From assembly GCA_963693365.1 (NCBI GenBank), contig CAVNZM010000005.1:5711167-5775166 (forward strand): 64,000 nt of DNA, given 5' to 3'. The position numbers were made by a program, and so were the translations under genes. The DNA is from Amoebidium appalachense (Eukaryota > Protista > Ichthyosporea). The number at the start of each line of letters is the position of its first letter. The stretch's first letter is position 1. Under the pieces are notes generated by a model, which was given only the letters and a program-made list of their open reading frames with translations, ran no database searches and had not been told where the DNA came from. Shown here in pieces: positions 30,756 through 61,530 of the stretch.

Positions 30756-31536
30756 CTCCCCCCCCCTCCCCCCCCCCCCCCCTCTCGGCCTTCCCCCCCC
30801 CCCCCCCCCTCAGTGTCCCGGCTGAAAACCAAGTGGACGGGGTTTACCCTGTCCGTGCTTGAACCCCAGGCCGCAGCACAGACTCGTCGAAATGAAAAGT
30901 TCAAGGCACTTGTGCCGCAGTGTTTAGGGTTCACTGCTAGTGTAACGTCCCCTGCATTTTTACGAGACTGTTGCTGTGGTTGGGTTCGGGCGGCTTGGCT
31001 ACTATGCCGGACACATCACCTCTTATTCATTATGGTCGACAAGAAGAGGTAAGTGCCCCGCCCTGTAAACTAAGTGGTACATTCGGTATTCAATCAATTC
31101 CAGCAACCGCATTCGGTTTGCTTTATCAAGCTGTTGGCTACATTTTTCAATCCACCACATGGATCACAAGCAATTAAACACATGGACTTCAAACGGCCTT
31201 GGTTTCGTTACAATCAGTCCCTCTGCATGTGTACAACTCTCTTCTCAATATCAGATGGTCACTGCATATTATACTCCCAGACTATCAATCTTTTGTGCCG
31301 GTACATGCACGGGCCATTTTGCATACATACATACGTACAATCACGTTGACACCAGTTCAGTCTACCTTTTAAAGTTCATGAAGCCGAAGCACTGAACTCA
31401 GTTGAACGCGAACCTGCACATATGCAATAAGAGGTGTGTTCCTCCCCCTCCCCCCCCCCCCCACCCCCCCCCCCCCCAAAAAAAAAAAAAGACACACACA
31501 ACCATGCCCCTTTCTCTCGCTCCCGCGCGCTCACAT

Positions 31537-31646
<110 letters not shown>

Positions 31647-32043
31647 ACACGCGCGCGCGTGCACACCACACACACACATACACACACTGTTGATATACGT
31701 CACTACGTATGACTGCAAGAGCTTTGAAGTTGAGTCTTTGTGTGTTATTTTGTCCGTGTCCGTGTTCTGTTTCTTTTTCTTTCCTTGCACAAGATATCAG
31801 TTGATCTTCGTACACTGGGCCACAGGCTTATGTTCCTAGAATTTTATCACGTTCACTAGAAGTTCTTTTACACTTTTATTAGGGCCTCCTTTATGCCCTT
31901 CTAGCCTTCCTGCAAATACTGTAACAAAAAGGGTGAGGTATGTGAATAAAGATTCAAGTGCGTCTCAATTGTTTCCAGAAATGACATAGAATAGAGCTGT
32001 GTAAAGACCGTAGAGGGCGGCAAAATCCCATCATGTGGAGCTC

Positions 32044-32542
32044 TCTCTCGAGTGTTTTTACCACAACGCCATTGTGCACTCAGACTGCGTGCATGCCTGT
32101 AAACCCTACACAAAACAAAACACACACACACACTTGCAAACATATACACACGCACTCTCTCTCTCCTTTCTCGTTTTCCTTCTTTTTCTTTCTTTCTTTC
32201 TTTTCTTTTCTTCCCCCTCCCCCCCCCCCCCCCCAAAAAAAAAAAAAAAAAAAAAAAACGAATCAAGCATCAGCTGCCCCCGCGCCATCATTCTAGTTCA
32301 ACCTTTTTACTCACCACCCCCCCCCCCCCCCCCCCCCCCCCCCCTCTCCCCCTCCCCCTCTCGAGTGTTTTTTTGTTGTTTATACCACGGCACCATTGTG
32401 CACTCAGACTGCCGCATGATGCATGCCTGTAAACCCTACACAAAACAAAACACACTGTGACACACACTTGCAAACACATACACACACTCTCTCTTTACTT
32501 CCTCGTTTTCTTTCTTTCTTTCTTTTCTTTTCCTTTGCCCCC

Positions 32543-32582
<40 letters not shown>

Positions 32583-32640
32583 AGTAAAGCATAAGCCGCT
32601 CTCGCACCATCATTTTAGTTCTACTTTTTTACCCAGTCCC
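32044..32640. repeat. Diverged tandem duplication, 2 x ~300 bp
   Basis: CTCTCGAGTGTTTTT...CCATTGTGCACTCAGACTGC...TGCATGCCTGTAAACCCTACACAAAACAAAACACAC...CCATCATT.TAGTTC at ~32044-32315 and ~32357-32635. Confidence 0.85.
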
Positions 32641-33239
32641 CCCTCCCCCCCCCCCTCTGTTCCCCTCCCCCATCCCCCCTCCCCCCTCCCCTTTTTATAA
32701 GGCCAGTGTGCACCGCAACGTTAACACTTCACAGTTCCAGGCCACGGTTGACTACAAGGCTACACATCTTCCGTGCCACCCCCACACACACAAACACACA
32801 CACGTGTTCACGCACGTGCGCACGCAGACACATGCACACCCACAAACACGTAGCATATTGGAAGGCTGTGCCCATGAAAACTTAGGGAGCTCAAAACTGG
32901 CTTTTTGGCAAGTCAGCAGCCTTAGGCGTCTTGATTTTCTGAATTCCGGCCTCCATTGGCCCTCTGAGAAGGGAGAAAACCATTACCACAATCGGATGCA
33001 CATTTTTCATTTTCCTAGGAGCAGAAATAAGGGCCCTATAGTGGTTGGTTGTCTCTCCACCAATCAATATTAAGCCTTGAAGTGTTCGACCAATTAAAAT
33101 GCCTTGACCCTCGACAAGGACTCGGCTTAAGCTAAAAAAGGTATCAGTAGCTATAGTAGAATTTGTATTATGTAGGTTACCGTAGTTTTCACCAATCAGA
33201 TCTCCACGTCCAGATTGCCAGTATGCTTTCGCGCCTGCA

Positions 33240-33317
<78 letters not shown>

Positions 33318-33406
33318 CACACGCGCGCGCGCGCACACACACACACACACGCACACGCGCACACACACGCATGTGCACAGATACACACACACATCGATGC
33401 TTCTAA

Positions 33407-33450
<44 letters not shown>

Positions 33451-33902
33451 TTATGGTGTTTGAATGCCGCCCACGGTGACCGCGGCACTGGCCAAAACGT
33501 ACACGCACATGTTTACTTCATTCTTTTCGTGAGTCTGACGGTCACCTCTTACACCCCATTTTCCGGACAGTCACTCCGAGAAGAGGGTGAAAGGAGAGAG
33601 GGGCTCGGATTACACATGGGAGACAAGGCGGGGAGCGAGAGCAGGAGTGAGAAAGAGGGAGGTGTGGAGAGAGAGAGAGAGGAGGAGAGAGAGGATGTGA
33701 CTGTAGCATGTGTGGACTGTGGGTGCACACATGTGGGTGTGCACAATGTGTGTGAATCTGTGTGTGCGCGTGCAGATGCACATGTGGGTGGGTGGGCATA
33801 GTGGTGTGTTTGGCGTGGTGCACGTGTAACGTGCGAGAACTTGTGTATGCTTCGGAACTGTGTTTTGTGGCTAGTTCAATGATATCAGTGTACAGTGCCA
33901 CT

Positions 33903-34000
<98 letters not shown>

Positions 34001-34267
34001 CTCCCCCCCCTCCCCCCCTCCCTCTCTCTCTGTTCCTCCCTCCCCCCCATCTTCCTCGTGATCACCCCCCCCCCCCCCCTGTCCCTCCCCACCCCCTCTT
34101 CTTTCCCCCCCCCCCCCCTCCCTCTCTCTCCCTCTCTCCCTCCCTCCCTCTCTCTCCCTCTCTCTCCCCCTTCTCTCTCTGCCTCCTCAACCCCTTCCCC
34201 CTCCCCCCGGTCTTCCTCCCCACCCCTCTTCTTTCCAACCCCCCCCCCCCCCCTCTCCCTCCCTCTC

Positions 34268-34389
<122 letters not shown>

Positions 34390-35028
34390 TCTCTCTCTGC
34401 CTCGTCCACTCCCCCCTCCCCCCCCCTCCCCCCCACAACAAAAAAAAAAAGGGGGGAGGGGAGAGGGAGGGGGGGGGGGGGAGCTGAAAAACTACATGCA
34501 TACACGACGAACTGAACAGTCCTCTCACCCTCACACGTCAATAGATGCCACGTGCACATTCCAATTTGTTATCAAAATTGTGCACACCACGCGTGCACAT
34601 TTATTCTATAGGCTGTCAGCCTGGCATCACTTACTTACTAATAGCCCCTTTCCCGACTTTGCCAAAATCCTCCAGAGAACTCCCCCCCTCCCCCTCCCCC
34701 CCCCCCTCCCCCCCCCCTCCCCTCTTCCCCCGTGGGGAGGGGCTGGAGGGGAGGGACGAGGGGAGGGGGGGGGGGGGGGGGGGGGGGAGGGGGGGGGGGG
34801 GAGGGGGAGGGGGGAAGACGGGGGGAGGGGGCAGAACCCGGCAATTAAGTGAGCTGGAGATAGTGCAAAAAAAGGGAAGAATACTAGTTGGCAACTTCGG
34901 AGAGAGAATGGTTCACATTCAGGAAGCAGATAGTCTTGGCCATGATACTGCTGAATATATACTCGGCAACATATCAACAAATAAATCGGTAACACGGGTG
35001 AAAAGGGGGAGGTGACGGTGGTGAGGGT

Positions 35029-35064
<36 letters not shown>

Positions 35065-35482
35065 GGGGGCCGGGCCTAAACAAGTTCATTTGCCTAGGGC
35101 GCGCGGTCACGGGCAAGCCAGGGAACGTGTTCTTGCCAACGAAGAGGCCCAGACGTCAACGCTCGCGTTTTCTGTTGGCTTCGATTGGACACCATGACTT
35201 CCGATTGGTGGCTCAAGCAGAAACATGTGTCCCGTTTGGAAGACCCGGCTCAACGAGTACGTGAATTTAAAGCGAGTTCGGCTGTGTGGCTCTTTTCAAG
35301 CGCTCTATTGCCATAAAAAAAAGAACTCGCGCTCCAATAAAAACCTGCCATATCAGCATAGTCACGAAGCATCCCTTCTAAAAGGAAACGGAGCCATCAT
35401 TGCAAGGTCATCTCAACTAGTTCGTAGTTTTTCTGTTGCAATTAACGGTGAGCGTGCAGGAGAAAACGAGGATCCTCTCAAC

Positions 35483-35840
35483 ATGCCCAGGACAATTGGA
35501 GACCAGAAAGACACGGACATGGAGGGCAACACGCAGGCAAGTGTAACATGTTGCACTGACTAGGTGCCTTTTGAAGTGCTTGGTTATTTGCTTTATATCA
35601 GGCAAGTAGGGTATTGGGCAAAAGTTTGCCAAGAAGCAAAAGCTGCAAAGGTCACTGACTTGCATAGATTTGCCTTTTTAAAACCCATACATCACCTGTG
35701 GTGTTTATCTGGTAGTCTGGGAACTGTTTACAGTTATCTCGAAGTTGCATAGCTTAGTGCTGTAGGCCGGATGGATTGAAGTAAAGACGTCAGACTCTAA
35801 GGAAGGGTTTGTTCTGGTTATGACATTGCCAGGCCGGGAG

Positions 35841-35936
<96 letters not shown>

Positions 35937-36270
35937 CTGCTGTTGTTTGCAAGTGGCGCTTTGTGGTTTTAATGTGTGTGTGTGTGTGTTGGGGGGGGGC
36001 GAGCTAGACTCTCAGTAAAAATGGAGGGAGGGAAGGGGGGAAATTAATCATCTGTGACCAGTACGATGACCCTACAGCTAGCAAAATGAGGGTTTTGCAG
36101 GACAGGAAATGACGTGGATAACAATATGGGCTATCCAAATTGAATAGTCACCACAATGGATTGCGAACGGGGTATATCATGATCTACCAATGGTTGGTAT
36201 GGCTAGTTTTTTTTTTTTTTTTTTTTTTTTTGTTTGTAGGGGGAGGGAGGGAAATGAGGAGATTTGTACG

Positions 36271-36328
<58 letters not shown>

Positions 36329-36727
36329 GGGGGGGGGGAGGGGGGGGGGGGGGGAATGGCAAAGCAGTTATGAGGAGGAATTCCGATATTTAATGATGGC
36401 AAGTACATTCATTTTTCACATCTTCTGAGTTCGCGTTGGCTTTGTGGCCATGATCCATCTCTATAGACGGCCCGAAAAATACTATATTAGTAAGAAACAC
36501 AAGTTAAATTTTACTTACCAACTACTAGCCTCAGGACAACGAGGACCACAAGGGGGTGCGGTTTGAGTCGACGGGAGCAGGAGACACACAAGCAAAGTAA
36601 GTTCCTTCTTAATGCGGGTATACACTGTATTATTGTTGTATTTCGAGGTTTTTTTTTTTCCTTTTTGACTTTTATTTTTTTCCCTTTTTTTCTTCTTCTT
36701 CAATTAAATCTTCTTTTTTTTTTTGGT

Positions 36728-36772
<45 letters not shown>

Positions 36773-37084
36773 GGGGGAGGGGGGAGGGAGGGGGGAATAA
36801 ATCTTACCAAGGTCCAAGAGATTGTTTCCATTGGGTATTCGGTATTTGGGTTTTTTCCAACGGCAGACGTCAACCTTTTGAACCTAAGTTTGGCTTATTG
36901 TGCAAGGCTGCTTCTGGTTCAGAGGGTTTCATGCAACTTGGATAGTTTGGTTGAAGTGGGAAATATTATGATACGAATTTTCAGGTGTCTCTAAGGCTTG
37001 AGTGAGTAACTGCTGGAGTTTTTGGGGAAAGCTTTGATCTAAGAATGAGGCTTAAACACACACACACACGCCGCACACACACAC

Positions 37085-37159
<75 letters not shown>

Positions 37160-37239
37160 ACACGCACACACGCACACACGCACGAACACGAACACTGTGA
37201 CTGACTCGCACGTATTCGCGTGTGCCCTCATGCACACGT

Positions 37240-37296
<57 letters not shown>

Positions 37297-37986
37297 GTGT
37301 CACACAAATACACACACTGGGATGCGGAAAATTTGAGACATGCACGTAACTTCATGCGCACACACATCTCGCGTACATATATATACACATCAGTTGAAGC
37401 TCAACATTCACAGTATGCACACAGCAAACATGCACATACACCGACTGACACTACATCAATTCTCGATTGCATTATTGTTGTCAAAAATTAATTACTCCCC
37501 CCCTCCCCTCTCCCCCCCCTCTGCCCCCCCCCCCCCCCCCCCCCCCCCTATCTGTCCCTCCTGATTATCCCTCCCTCCCCCTGTTTCCCCCTTCCCCCTC
37601 CCTCCGTCCCCCCCCCCCCCCCCCCTCCCCCCCTCCCCTCCCCCCCCCCCCCCCCCAAAAAAAAAAATCTCCCTCCCCCCATTTTGCACACAGGGTCCTT
37701 GACAAACAGGAGGAGCGGGTCCTTCCTCTTGGCGAGATTCATGCGGCCATTCGCCTCCAGAACATGATGTTAGAAGCAAAGAGCAGATACACCAGCGAGG
37801 GCAAGCAAGAGCTTGCCATGGCAGTCTATGATGGCATCGACATCTTCTCGCAGAAAACAGCCCAGCCTGTACTGTTGAACCCAAATAGCACCGCCGAAGA
37901 GATGAAAGAGGCACGCGAGACCCTGAGCAACATACCCTGAGCAACATTATTCAACATGGTCGACTCGTCAAACTCTTTCACCTGTA

Positions 37987-38029
<43 letters not shown>

Positions 38030-38031
38030 AC

Positions 38032-38062
<31 letters not shown>

Positions 38063-38557
38063 AAGAAAGAAAAAAAGGAATGAATCAGTAGAAAGAATGA
38101 AAGAAAGGAAGGCAGAAAGGAAGAAAGAAAAGAAAGAAAAAAACCAGTGCACACATAAAGAAAGAAAGAAGAAGAAAGAAGAACACATATAATGTTTACC
38201 ACTGACCCCGCGCGCCATTGATGCTGTGATTTGTTACTCCCCCATCCCTCATTACTATTTAATATGCCATTGGAGCCGTTCTCGCTCATTAGCAAACTTT
38301 CTTACCCTGCTAATGTACCCCCTCTTCTCCTCCCTCCCCTCCCCTTCCCCCCCTCCCCCCCTCCCCCCCCTCCCCCCCTTCTCCCCCCCCCCCCCCCCTT
38401 CCCCTCCCCCCCCCCCCCCCCCATCGATATCTTGCATCCTTGCACTCGATTTGGACGAGCACACGTACCGTACGTGACGTGTGCATACACCTAACACCGT
38501 CGATAACTGACATGATGCATTTTTTTGCTATTTCCCCCCCTCTCTTCGGCCCCTTTG

Positions 38558-38594
<37 letters not shown>

Positions 38595-38672
38595 CCTCCC
38601 CTCCCCCCCCCCCCCCCCACACACACACACCTTCCCCCTCTTTTTCTGTGCTGCTCCCTCTCTCTCTCTTTC

Positions 38673-38711
<39 letters not shown>

Positions 38712-38811
38712 AACTCTGGATAATGCGCATTGGCATTTACTTATTCACTAATTGCCTTATTTCTTTCTTTTTTTTCTTTTCTTCTCTCTCTCTCTTTTTT
38801 TTCCTTTTTGG

Positions 38812-38844
<33 letters not shown>

Positions 38845-39186
38845 TTGTTAGCTAGTTTTTTTTTTGTGTGTGTGTGGGTGGGTGTGTGGGTGTGTGGATG
38901 TGAGGGTGTGAGGGTGTGAGGGTGTGGGTATGTGGGTGTGTCCGGGTGTGTGTGTGTCCTCAGGTAATGGTGTTCGCGGGGTTGTTGTTGTTACACACGT
39001 TGCGGATGGGTGGATGGACCGTTAATTGGCATGGTTTTTGACAATGGTGTTGTTGTCTCTGTATTTGGTGTACTAGTAAGGGTGCTGTATTTGGCCTCTC
39101 AAAACATGGATCATGCATGTATGATAGTTCTTTTGTGTGCGCATATACTTGAGTTACAGTAACCCATGTGCACGTGCATGTGTGGA

Positions 39187-39217
<31 letters not shown>

Positions 39218-40099
39218 GCACGCACGCAAGCGCGCGTATTTCGTGTATACGAAAGGTTGTATATATGCACATGATGATGTGTGTCACGGTATTCGTGTGC
39301 TTGTGCTCATGCAGTGAGTTTGGATGTGGGGGGTGTGTATGTGTTTATATGACATTGTGTGCGATATACGGTACTAGTGAATGTAAGAATACAGTATTCA
39401 GTATGCACATCAGAGTTTAGATACATTGATATACCTTGTTTGGAAAGAAACAGCCGCATTAATGACATGCACTACACTTGGGGATCCTATCTGGCCTTTA
39501 CAAAACGAGCTGCCTCTGCCTGCAGGCCCCCCCCCCCACCACCACACACACACACCCACCCAACCACCCACACACACACACGTAGAACACATTGCCACTT
39601 TCCGCTCACAATCGTACACGTACACTGTTTGCAGCGAACGCGCTCTCACGCACACGTGAAACACAAACACACACACATATGCACAGGCACAGGCATACAT
39701 ACACGCACAAGCACACACGCACGCACCCACGCACACACACATGTACGCATGCACACACGCACACACGAAGGTGTGTACTGGTCACGGTTCTTCGTGAGAA
39801 GTTAAGGATTTTTGAATATGAAATGGGGGGGGGAGGGGGGAAGGAGTAGTAAGAATCGACGTCCGCCCTGGTGGTACTCCCCTCCCCTCCCCTCGGGAGG
39901 GGGGGGGGGGGGGAACCCATCCCCTCCGGGCCCCCCTCGGGGGGGGGGGGGGGGGGGGGGGGGGGCAGAGGAATTCCACGTGCACTCACCAAAGTTGTAC
40001 ATGTGCGTATTCGTTACATTTTTGGGCGGGGGAGGGGGAGGGGAGGAATTGCCTCCGTTTTGGCCACTGATGCATATCCCCCCCCCCCCCCCCCCCCTT

Positions 40100-40149
<50 letters not shown>

Positions 40150-40643
40150 ACACATACACACACGCGTTTCCCATCCCTTCGTGCTGGTGCTCTTCTTCTG
40201 CCGGATGCTGACGTGTGCTGATCTAGCTTGTGATTGGGATCGCAGGTAATCGGAAGGGCACTGGTAGGGTATCAGTGATTGGTAGAGAGGGGCAAAACTA
40301 GCTGCGCTAGGAGTCTGGCCTTTTAGCAGACTTTTCCTCAGTAGGTTAGGAGCGCGAAAAGGAGGATAAGGAGAATATATTGTAGAGACACGAATAGTAT
40401 AGTTTGATATAATAGTGTGTCAATGATTCACATACTTAAATGCCCACCCAAGACATGTTTTAATGGCTTTCGCACACACAGCACACATCCCCTCCTATAG
40501 CCATAAAGACAAGTACATGCATCAGCACACGCCCCCCTAACCTTCTGTCCCCCCCCCCCCCCCCCTCTCCCTCAACCTGTTATATCCTACCCCAATCCAT
40601 CCGACTCCACCCAACCCCTACCTGCTACACGACATCCACATAA

Positions 40644-40680
<37 letters not shown>

Positions 40681-40859
40681 TTAAAACAACAACAAAAACA
40701 TAAGAAAGAAACATCTTTCGCAGCACGCTCGATGAAGCCGCGCTCAAGGACGAGCCTACCGTGGTTCGCGGCCAACCCAGCAAGAGGGTTGAGAGGATCA
40801 CCAACAAGCTCTTTCAGCTGCAGAAGGAGCACCAGTCTGTTGCCACTGGGTCGAAGTAA
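35483..40859 (+). pseudogene. 4-exon gene of unknown function (~177 aa if intact), truncated by a 14-bp tandem duplication in exon 3
   Basis: Exons 35483-35536 (GC donor CAG/GCAAGT), 36529-36596, 37694-37983, 40724-40859. ACCCTGAGCAACAT x2 at 37920-37947 creates TGA at 37938; removing one copy restores a frame whose phase matches exon 4 through to TAA. No family recognised. Confidence 0.6.
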
Positions 40860-41044
40860 AGGGTATGTGGCGATTATCTTCCTTTCATTTCTGCACTCAC
40901 TTTGGTGTCTTTGAATTTGCCACCAACACTTTATGCCTCCGCAATACTGCACTGGTATGTGGCATGCTAATGATGTGACTGTGATATGGTGTGCACCCAA
41001 TAGCTGAAGTCACTAACAGCCGCAGGTTTCTTTTTTTTTTTTTT

Positions 41045-41075
<31 letters not shown>

Positions 41076-41076
41076 G

Positions 41077-41121
<45 letters not shown>

Positions 41122-41617
41122 AAGGGGGGGGGGAATTCGAGGTTAAGAGTAGGGAGGGCACAATATAGATATGGAGACATCAGGCATCATGGCATGAGAC
41201 GTTCCGTATTCGATTACGGGCCGGGTGCTTATGGTTTGGCAGTGCACGTGTAGCATCCTATTTCGTGACTTGTTTAACTCTCTCCCTCACACAGGGGTTC
41301 CTGTGCCGTGGTCTGAGCATGCTTGTCTACTGTGAGAGTTGGTGCCAGATGCCCCGGGGTGAAACTGCCGTGTTCCATGGATGTGCGCGTGTGTACTTTC
41401 GGTGGCGGTTTCGCGCCTATTATGTTGAAAACGTCAGTTTGAAACTGGCCAATGCTTTATTTCCTATTATTATATGTACCTTAGATCTTATATTCGCATG
41501 GGTAATAAATGATTTGGTGATGTGACCGTGTCACTTGACAGTGCATTATATTGACCAGCGGGCAATCTTCCTGCTACAGTATGTATGTGCCCATTCAAAT
41601 CCACCCTACCCCCCCCT

Positions 41618-41658
<41 letters not shown>

Positions 41659-41795
41659 CCCTCCCGGGCTCCCGAAGTTGTCTCTGCCCCACGTTTTGTT
41701 GCGTGTTAGGTTTTCATTGGACAGTCATTTCGCCAACTCAATTTGGTCGTCCTTTTCTTGCTTGCAATTGTTCCGATGCATCCAAATCTTTAGCC

Positions 41796-41837
<42 letters not shown>

Positions 41838-41880
41838 CCCAAATAATAATAATAGTTATAGTAATATGAACAAAAACATT

Positions 41881-42115
41881 CAAAAATACCTACCCCCAAA
41901 AAATTTTGTCAGAAAAAAGAAGCCCCCCCATTCTCCCCCCTCCTCCCCCAGCCAAGAATAAAATTAAGGATTAAAATGCTTGAACACTGGGCATGCAAAA
42001 GCTCACCCGCAACTCCAGATCCCAGGCCTCCACCGTCACAAGTTACCACTATAGCTTCCATTTGAATTCGACACCAAGTTTTCGAGTACGTGCATTCGTA
42101 ACACTTATCTTGTCC
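41881..42115. repeat. Dispersed repeat, second copy of 30541-30755
   Basis: Same ordered motifs as 30541-30755 with substitutions and indels. Confidence 0.7.
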
Positions 42116-42184
42116 CTGCCTCCATCCCCCCCCCTCCCTCCCCCTCTCTCCCCAAAAAAAACAAAGGGAAAAAAACGTAAGCAG

Positions 42185-42220
<36 letters not shown>

Positions 42221-44329
42221 ACCACCACCACCACCACTGCCCGTTTTCCTCGTGTTTCCCGTGGACGCCCTGGTGCAAAACAAACTATAGGGTATATGGT
42301 ACATATTCTCATCAGGATCTATGGTGCATTTATAAGGCACTTACTCCTTTAAAAGCAGATGCAATGTGTGTTGATGTGTGTGTGCATGTACTATACCGTG
42401 ACAATGAATGAAAATAACTTATGATTTGTGTTTTATGTATGCACGTGTACCGTAGTCTTGTTATGTGTGGTGTGTGTGTGTACGTGTGTGAACACTTCAT
42501 CATGGGTTTTTATGTATGCATATACGTTCGTGGATGTGTGTGGTGTGTGTGTGTGTGCGCGCGTCTACAAGTTTTTGTGTGTATATGTATGCGCGCGCGC
42601 GCATGTGCGTGTGTGTGTGGGCGCCCATCACACCAGGGTGTGTGTGTTTGTGTGGTGGTGTTGATGCACGTGGTGGCGGCGGCGGTGGTGGTGTTGTTGG
42701 AAGAGGCACTGGGTAAGGTAGATGGCGTGTACCGTAGATCAGGGGTGTACATCTGGGATATGTAGCGTGCTATTCCTATTGTTTCTTTGTGTGTGTGTGT
42801 GTGTGCATGTGTGTGAAACGGGAGTGCGTGCGTGCGTGCGTGCGTGCGTGTGTGCGTGCGTGCGTGCGTGCGTGCGCGCGCGCGCGCGTGTGTCTGTGTG
42901 TGCACGTGTGTGTGATTGCGAGTACGCGCGCGCACGCGCGTGTGCATACGTCGTGGAAGGTACCGCAGTTCCGTGAGCATATGTGCGACGGCATGCGTGC
43001 GTCTCCACACCCCTTGTGGTGGTGTACGTGTGTGTAATTGTCATGCGTGCGCACGCATAAAGTGGGTAAACGTGTGCAGTACATGTATGTCACAGTGTGT
43101 ACCTCGACATGCCGCCTGAAGGTTTATTATACAAATTTCCGCTCTGAATGCACCTGCAGGGCGGGAATCTTGGATGGTATGGGCGTGCTGCAAAGCATAG
43201 CTGGAAGGGGAGTGATGCAAAGCATGTGTCTTGTACAAACGGTAGTGAGGTTACGGACGTGATCTAAAATATTAGGGTTTCCTTCGTTATATTTTTCCCT
43301 GGGCCTAGACCAGGGCCATGAGTGGTGTATATGTGAGCCTTAACCTAGACTGACTAAAATTACAAACTTGTCATGTTGGGAGCAATGGTCTCACCAGTTT
43401 CAGCTCTTCCCTTCCAGCCTTGGACTTCGCGAAGCCTGGAGGCCGCGGGATGAAAAGTTTGAAAACCAACTTCAATGCCAAAGTAAGCGCTGATTGGATC
43501 CCACGTATGCTGCATTTTTATGGAGCAGCGGCTAATTCCACAAACCAAGTATGGTTTACGGCATCTTTAAACGTTTAAGAGACTCCAATTGTTTACTTTA
43601 AATACTAAAAACACAGTTGACTAAAAGCTTTAGGTCACTCTTTGTATAGGTCATGTTCCATGGGACTCCGTCCAGGGTTTGGAACGCGCCGATGGCGTCG
43701 ACCCAGGCACGAACGCGCCGTCACAAGTTGTGGGCGGCCTGTTCATGTTTTCTTCAGAGCGCGTCCCTCCGTCAAGCAAATCATCCCCACCGCTACAGGC
43801 GTTTCCAACTATCATCTGCCTTTTACCGCTGGTGCTAGAGCTTCTTGGAAAAGCGATGTCTTACATTCTTTCAAGAGTGGAGTAGCTACGTGCTACGTTT
43901 TTGTAGGGTCATAGCTGGCAGGATAAGGACGCTGAAGGAATTAGAGCAGTGGTGCACCAGATAAGCCTCACACAAACGTCGAGAATTGTGCCAAAGCACT
44001 ACAAATTCAGATGCTGGCTTGTCCCCAGTAACCTACCGTTATTTAATGTGCAAGCTCACTTTTCTGGTGCTTGTTAGCCCATTATCTGGGGCTGGCATTT
44101 CGAGAGAGCTCACGAGCTCGTTTCTCGTTTTACTCACGTAGATCCGGCTTGAGCTAGGCCACTTTCCTTTTCATGAAGCTTTATCATCAAGAAATCAATC
44201 TCACACATAGGTACACCAACCTTCAAACACAACGTTTTTACCAATTTGGAACCTTAAAGATACCACAAGAAAACACACACATTCTGTGGCTGGCGCCGCC
44301 CGTGCTCTTCAGCAGGGCTGGGCGCCTCA

Positions 44330-59640
<15,311 letters not shown>

Positions 59641-59704
59641 CATTAGTTACTATATTGATTGGTGCATGCGGTTGGAACAGAGAGGGGGAGGGGTGAGGAG
59701 GGGG

Positions 59705-59736
<32 letters not shown>

Positions 59737-61530
59737 GGGAATTAATGAAGACGATTCTCAGATTGAATAATATGTTGTCCCCTATAATTGAGGGGTGTTA
59801 CGATAGGCTAAAATAGCTAGCTAGGGTAGAGAGAAAAGATAGCATTGCCCTGTGTATTCATAATGGGAACATTTTTGTAAGAACACACACACACAGGCAA
59901 GGAAAGCACAAACACAAGCATACACACAGGCACACACACAAGCACGCAGACAGACACGCACACAACCAACCGCATGCTATTCCGTTGCCACCTCCTGAAA
60001 TTCAATATGAGTGTGAAAGTAATTTTGATTGCAGTTTAGAACTTAGCGCGCTGAACGTAAAGTTGAATGAACGTATGTGTATAGTATGCAGATCTGAACG
60101 GTTATATCAGCCAATAGTAAAAAGGCATTAAAGACATGGCCAGTTTAATTAATATGGCCAGCTGAAAAGTGACCATTATCAGGTGAATACTACCCGTATG
60201 TTTGAATCATTAAAGCTCACATTGAACTCCTATTTCATTATTAGATTTCAAAATATCAAGGCCCATACGGGTGAGAGTGACCTGTATAAATGATTTTGAG
60301 GTCAATGTGGTTAACGTTGTATAAGTTGAAACATTATCACCCGGCCTGTGCCACTTGCATGACCAAGGTGTATACTGGCATACATGTACGTTTGAGCTCG
60401 AGTCACATGCATGCGTCGTAAAAGAGTCATCACTCGAGATTTTTATCAGCCGGGTGTATACGTAGCGTAATTGTCTCGCAACTTGTGTGCATGATTTTGC
60501 CTCTGTGTGTGTGTGCACGCATGAGTCTGTAAGAGCTCCTCTCTCCCTCCCTCTCTCTCTCTCTCTCTCTCTCCCTCCCTCCCTCTCTCTCTCTCTCTCC
60601 CCCCCCCCCCCCCCCCCCCCCCCCCTCCCCTTCTCCCCCTATCCCCCGCCACAGCTGCAGGCTAATATTTAATATGTATGCACCGTACGTGTCCGTATAC
60701 ACCCATTACATCCCCCCCCCCCCCCCCCCCACACGCCCCCCGTGCGTGCACCCCTCAGCTCCCACCCACAGACCTGGCCCGGGTGTCCATCTTTTCCAAA
60801 GATTACACACACAAGTATACATGTACGAGTGTATTTGAAAGGGGAGTGTGTGTGCGCGCATGTGTGTATGTGTGTGTGTGTGTGTGCGTGTGTGTGGGCC
60901 CCGCAAGTGGGGGGAGGGGGGGAGAGGGGGGAGGGGGGAGGGGGGCTGCTTGTAAAGGAATGCGATAGATGTGAGAGTCAATGGGTGGATACATTCCAAC
61001 CGATCTTCTTGTTTCGTCTATATTTACACGAGATAGGGGTGGATAATTGTGGGCCCCCCCTTTTTTTTCCCGCTAGAAACAGGCTCCGGGCCCATGTCAC
61101 CCGTCATTCTTAGATTACATGGTTTTCATTATCACCGAATTATCTGAAACTGTGAGGTAAAATGCAAGAAAATGCAGTAGATAGTCAGTTTACCCACACA
61201 AAGGCTGATTAAACACACGTGTGAGAAGATTGGGATGGTCAAGAGAGCTAGCTGTGTGTGCGCACACACGGGCGCGCGTGTCTGTCTCTCTCTGTGTGTG
61301 TTTATGTGTGTGTGTGTGTGTCCGCGCACGTGCACATGCATGTGTATGTTTGTAGGTGCCGTGAAGGAACCGAAGTAAATACGTGTTGAGGTTTTACAGT
61401 CTATTTTTCTCCTTAACCGACAAGCAATCTTTTTGATCAAATAAACTACTGAGGGCAGGGATCCGAAAAACAGAGCAAAATTAAAAGTAATAATCCCGGG
61501 GAAACGTCAAATTTACAACTGCATTTTAGG

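Noticed and set aside
33180-33193. 14-bp match (CCGTAGTTTTCACC) to an MGAT4 exon near 63862
   Set aside because: No flanking similarity; treated as chance.
43360-43914. Short overlapping ORFs upstream of attractin
   Set aside because: No motifs or exon chain could be built; probably promoter/UTR or decayed sequence.
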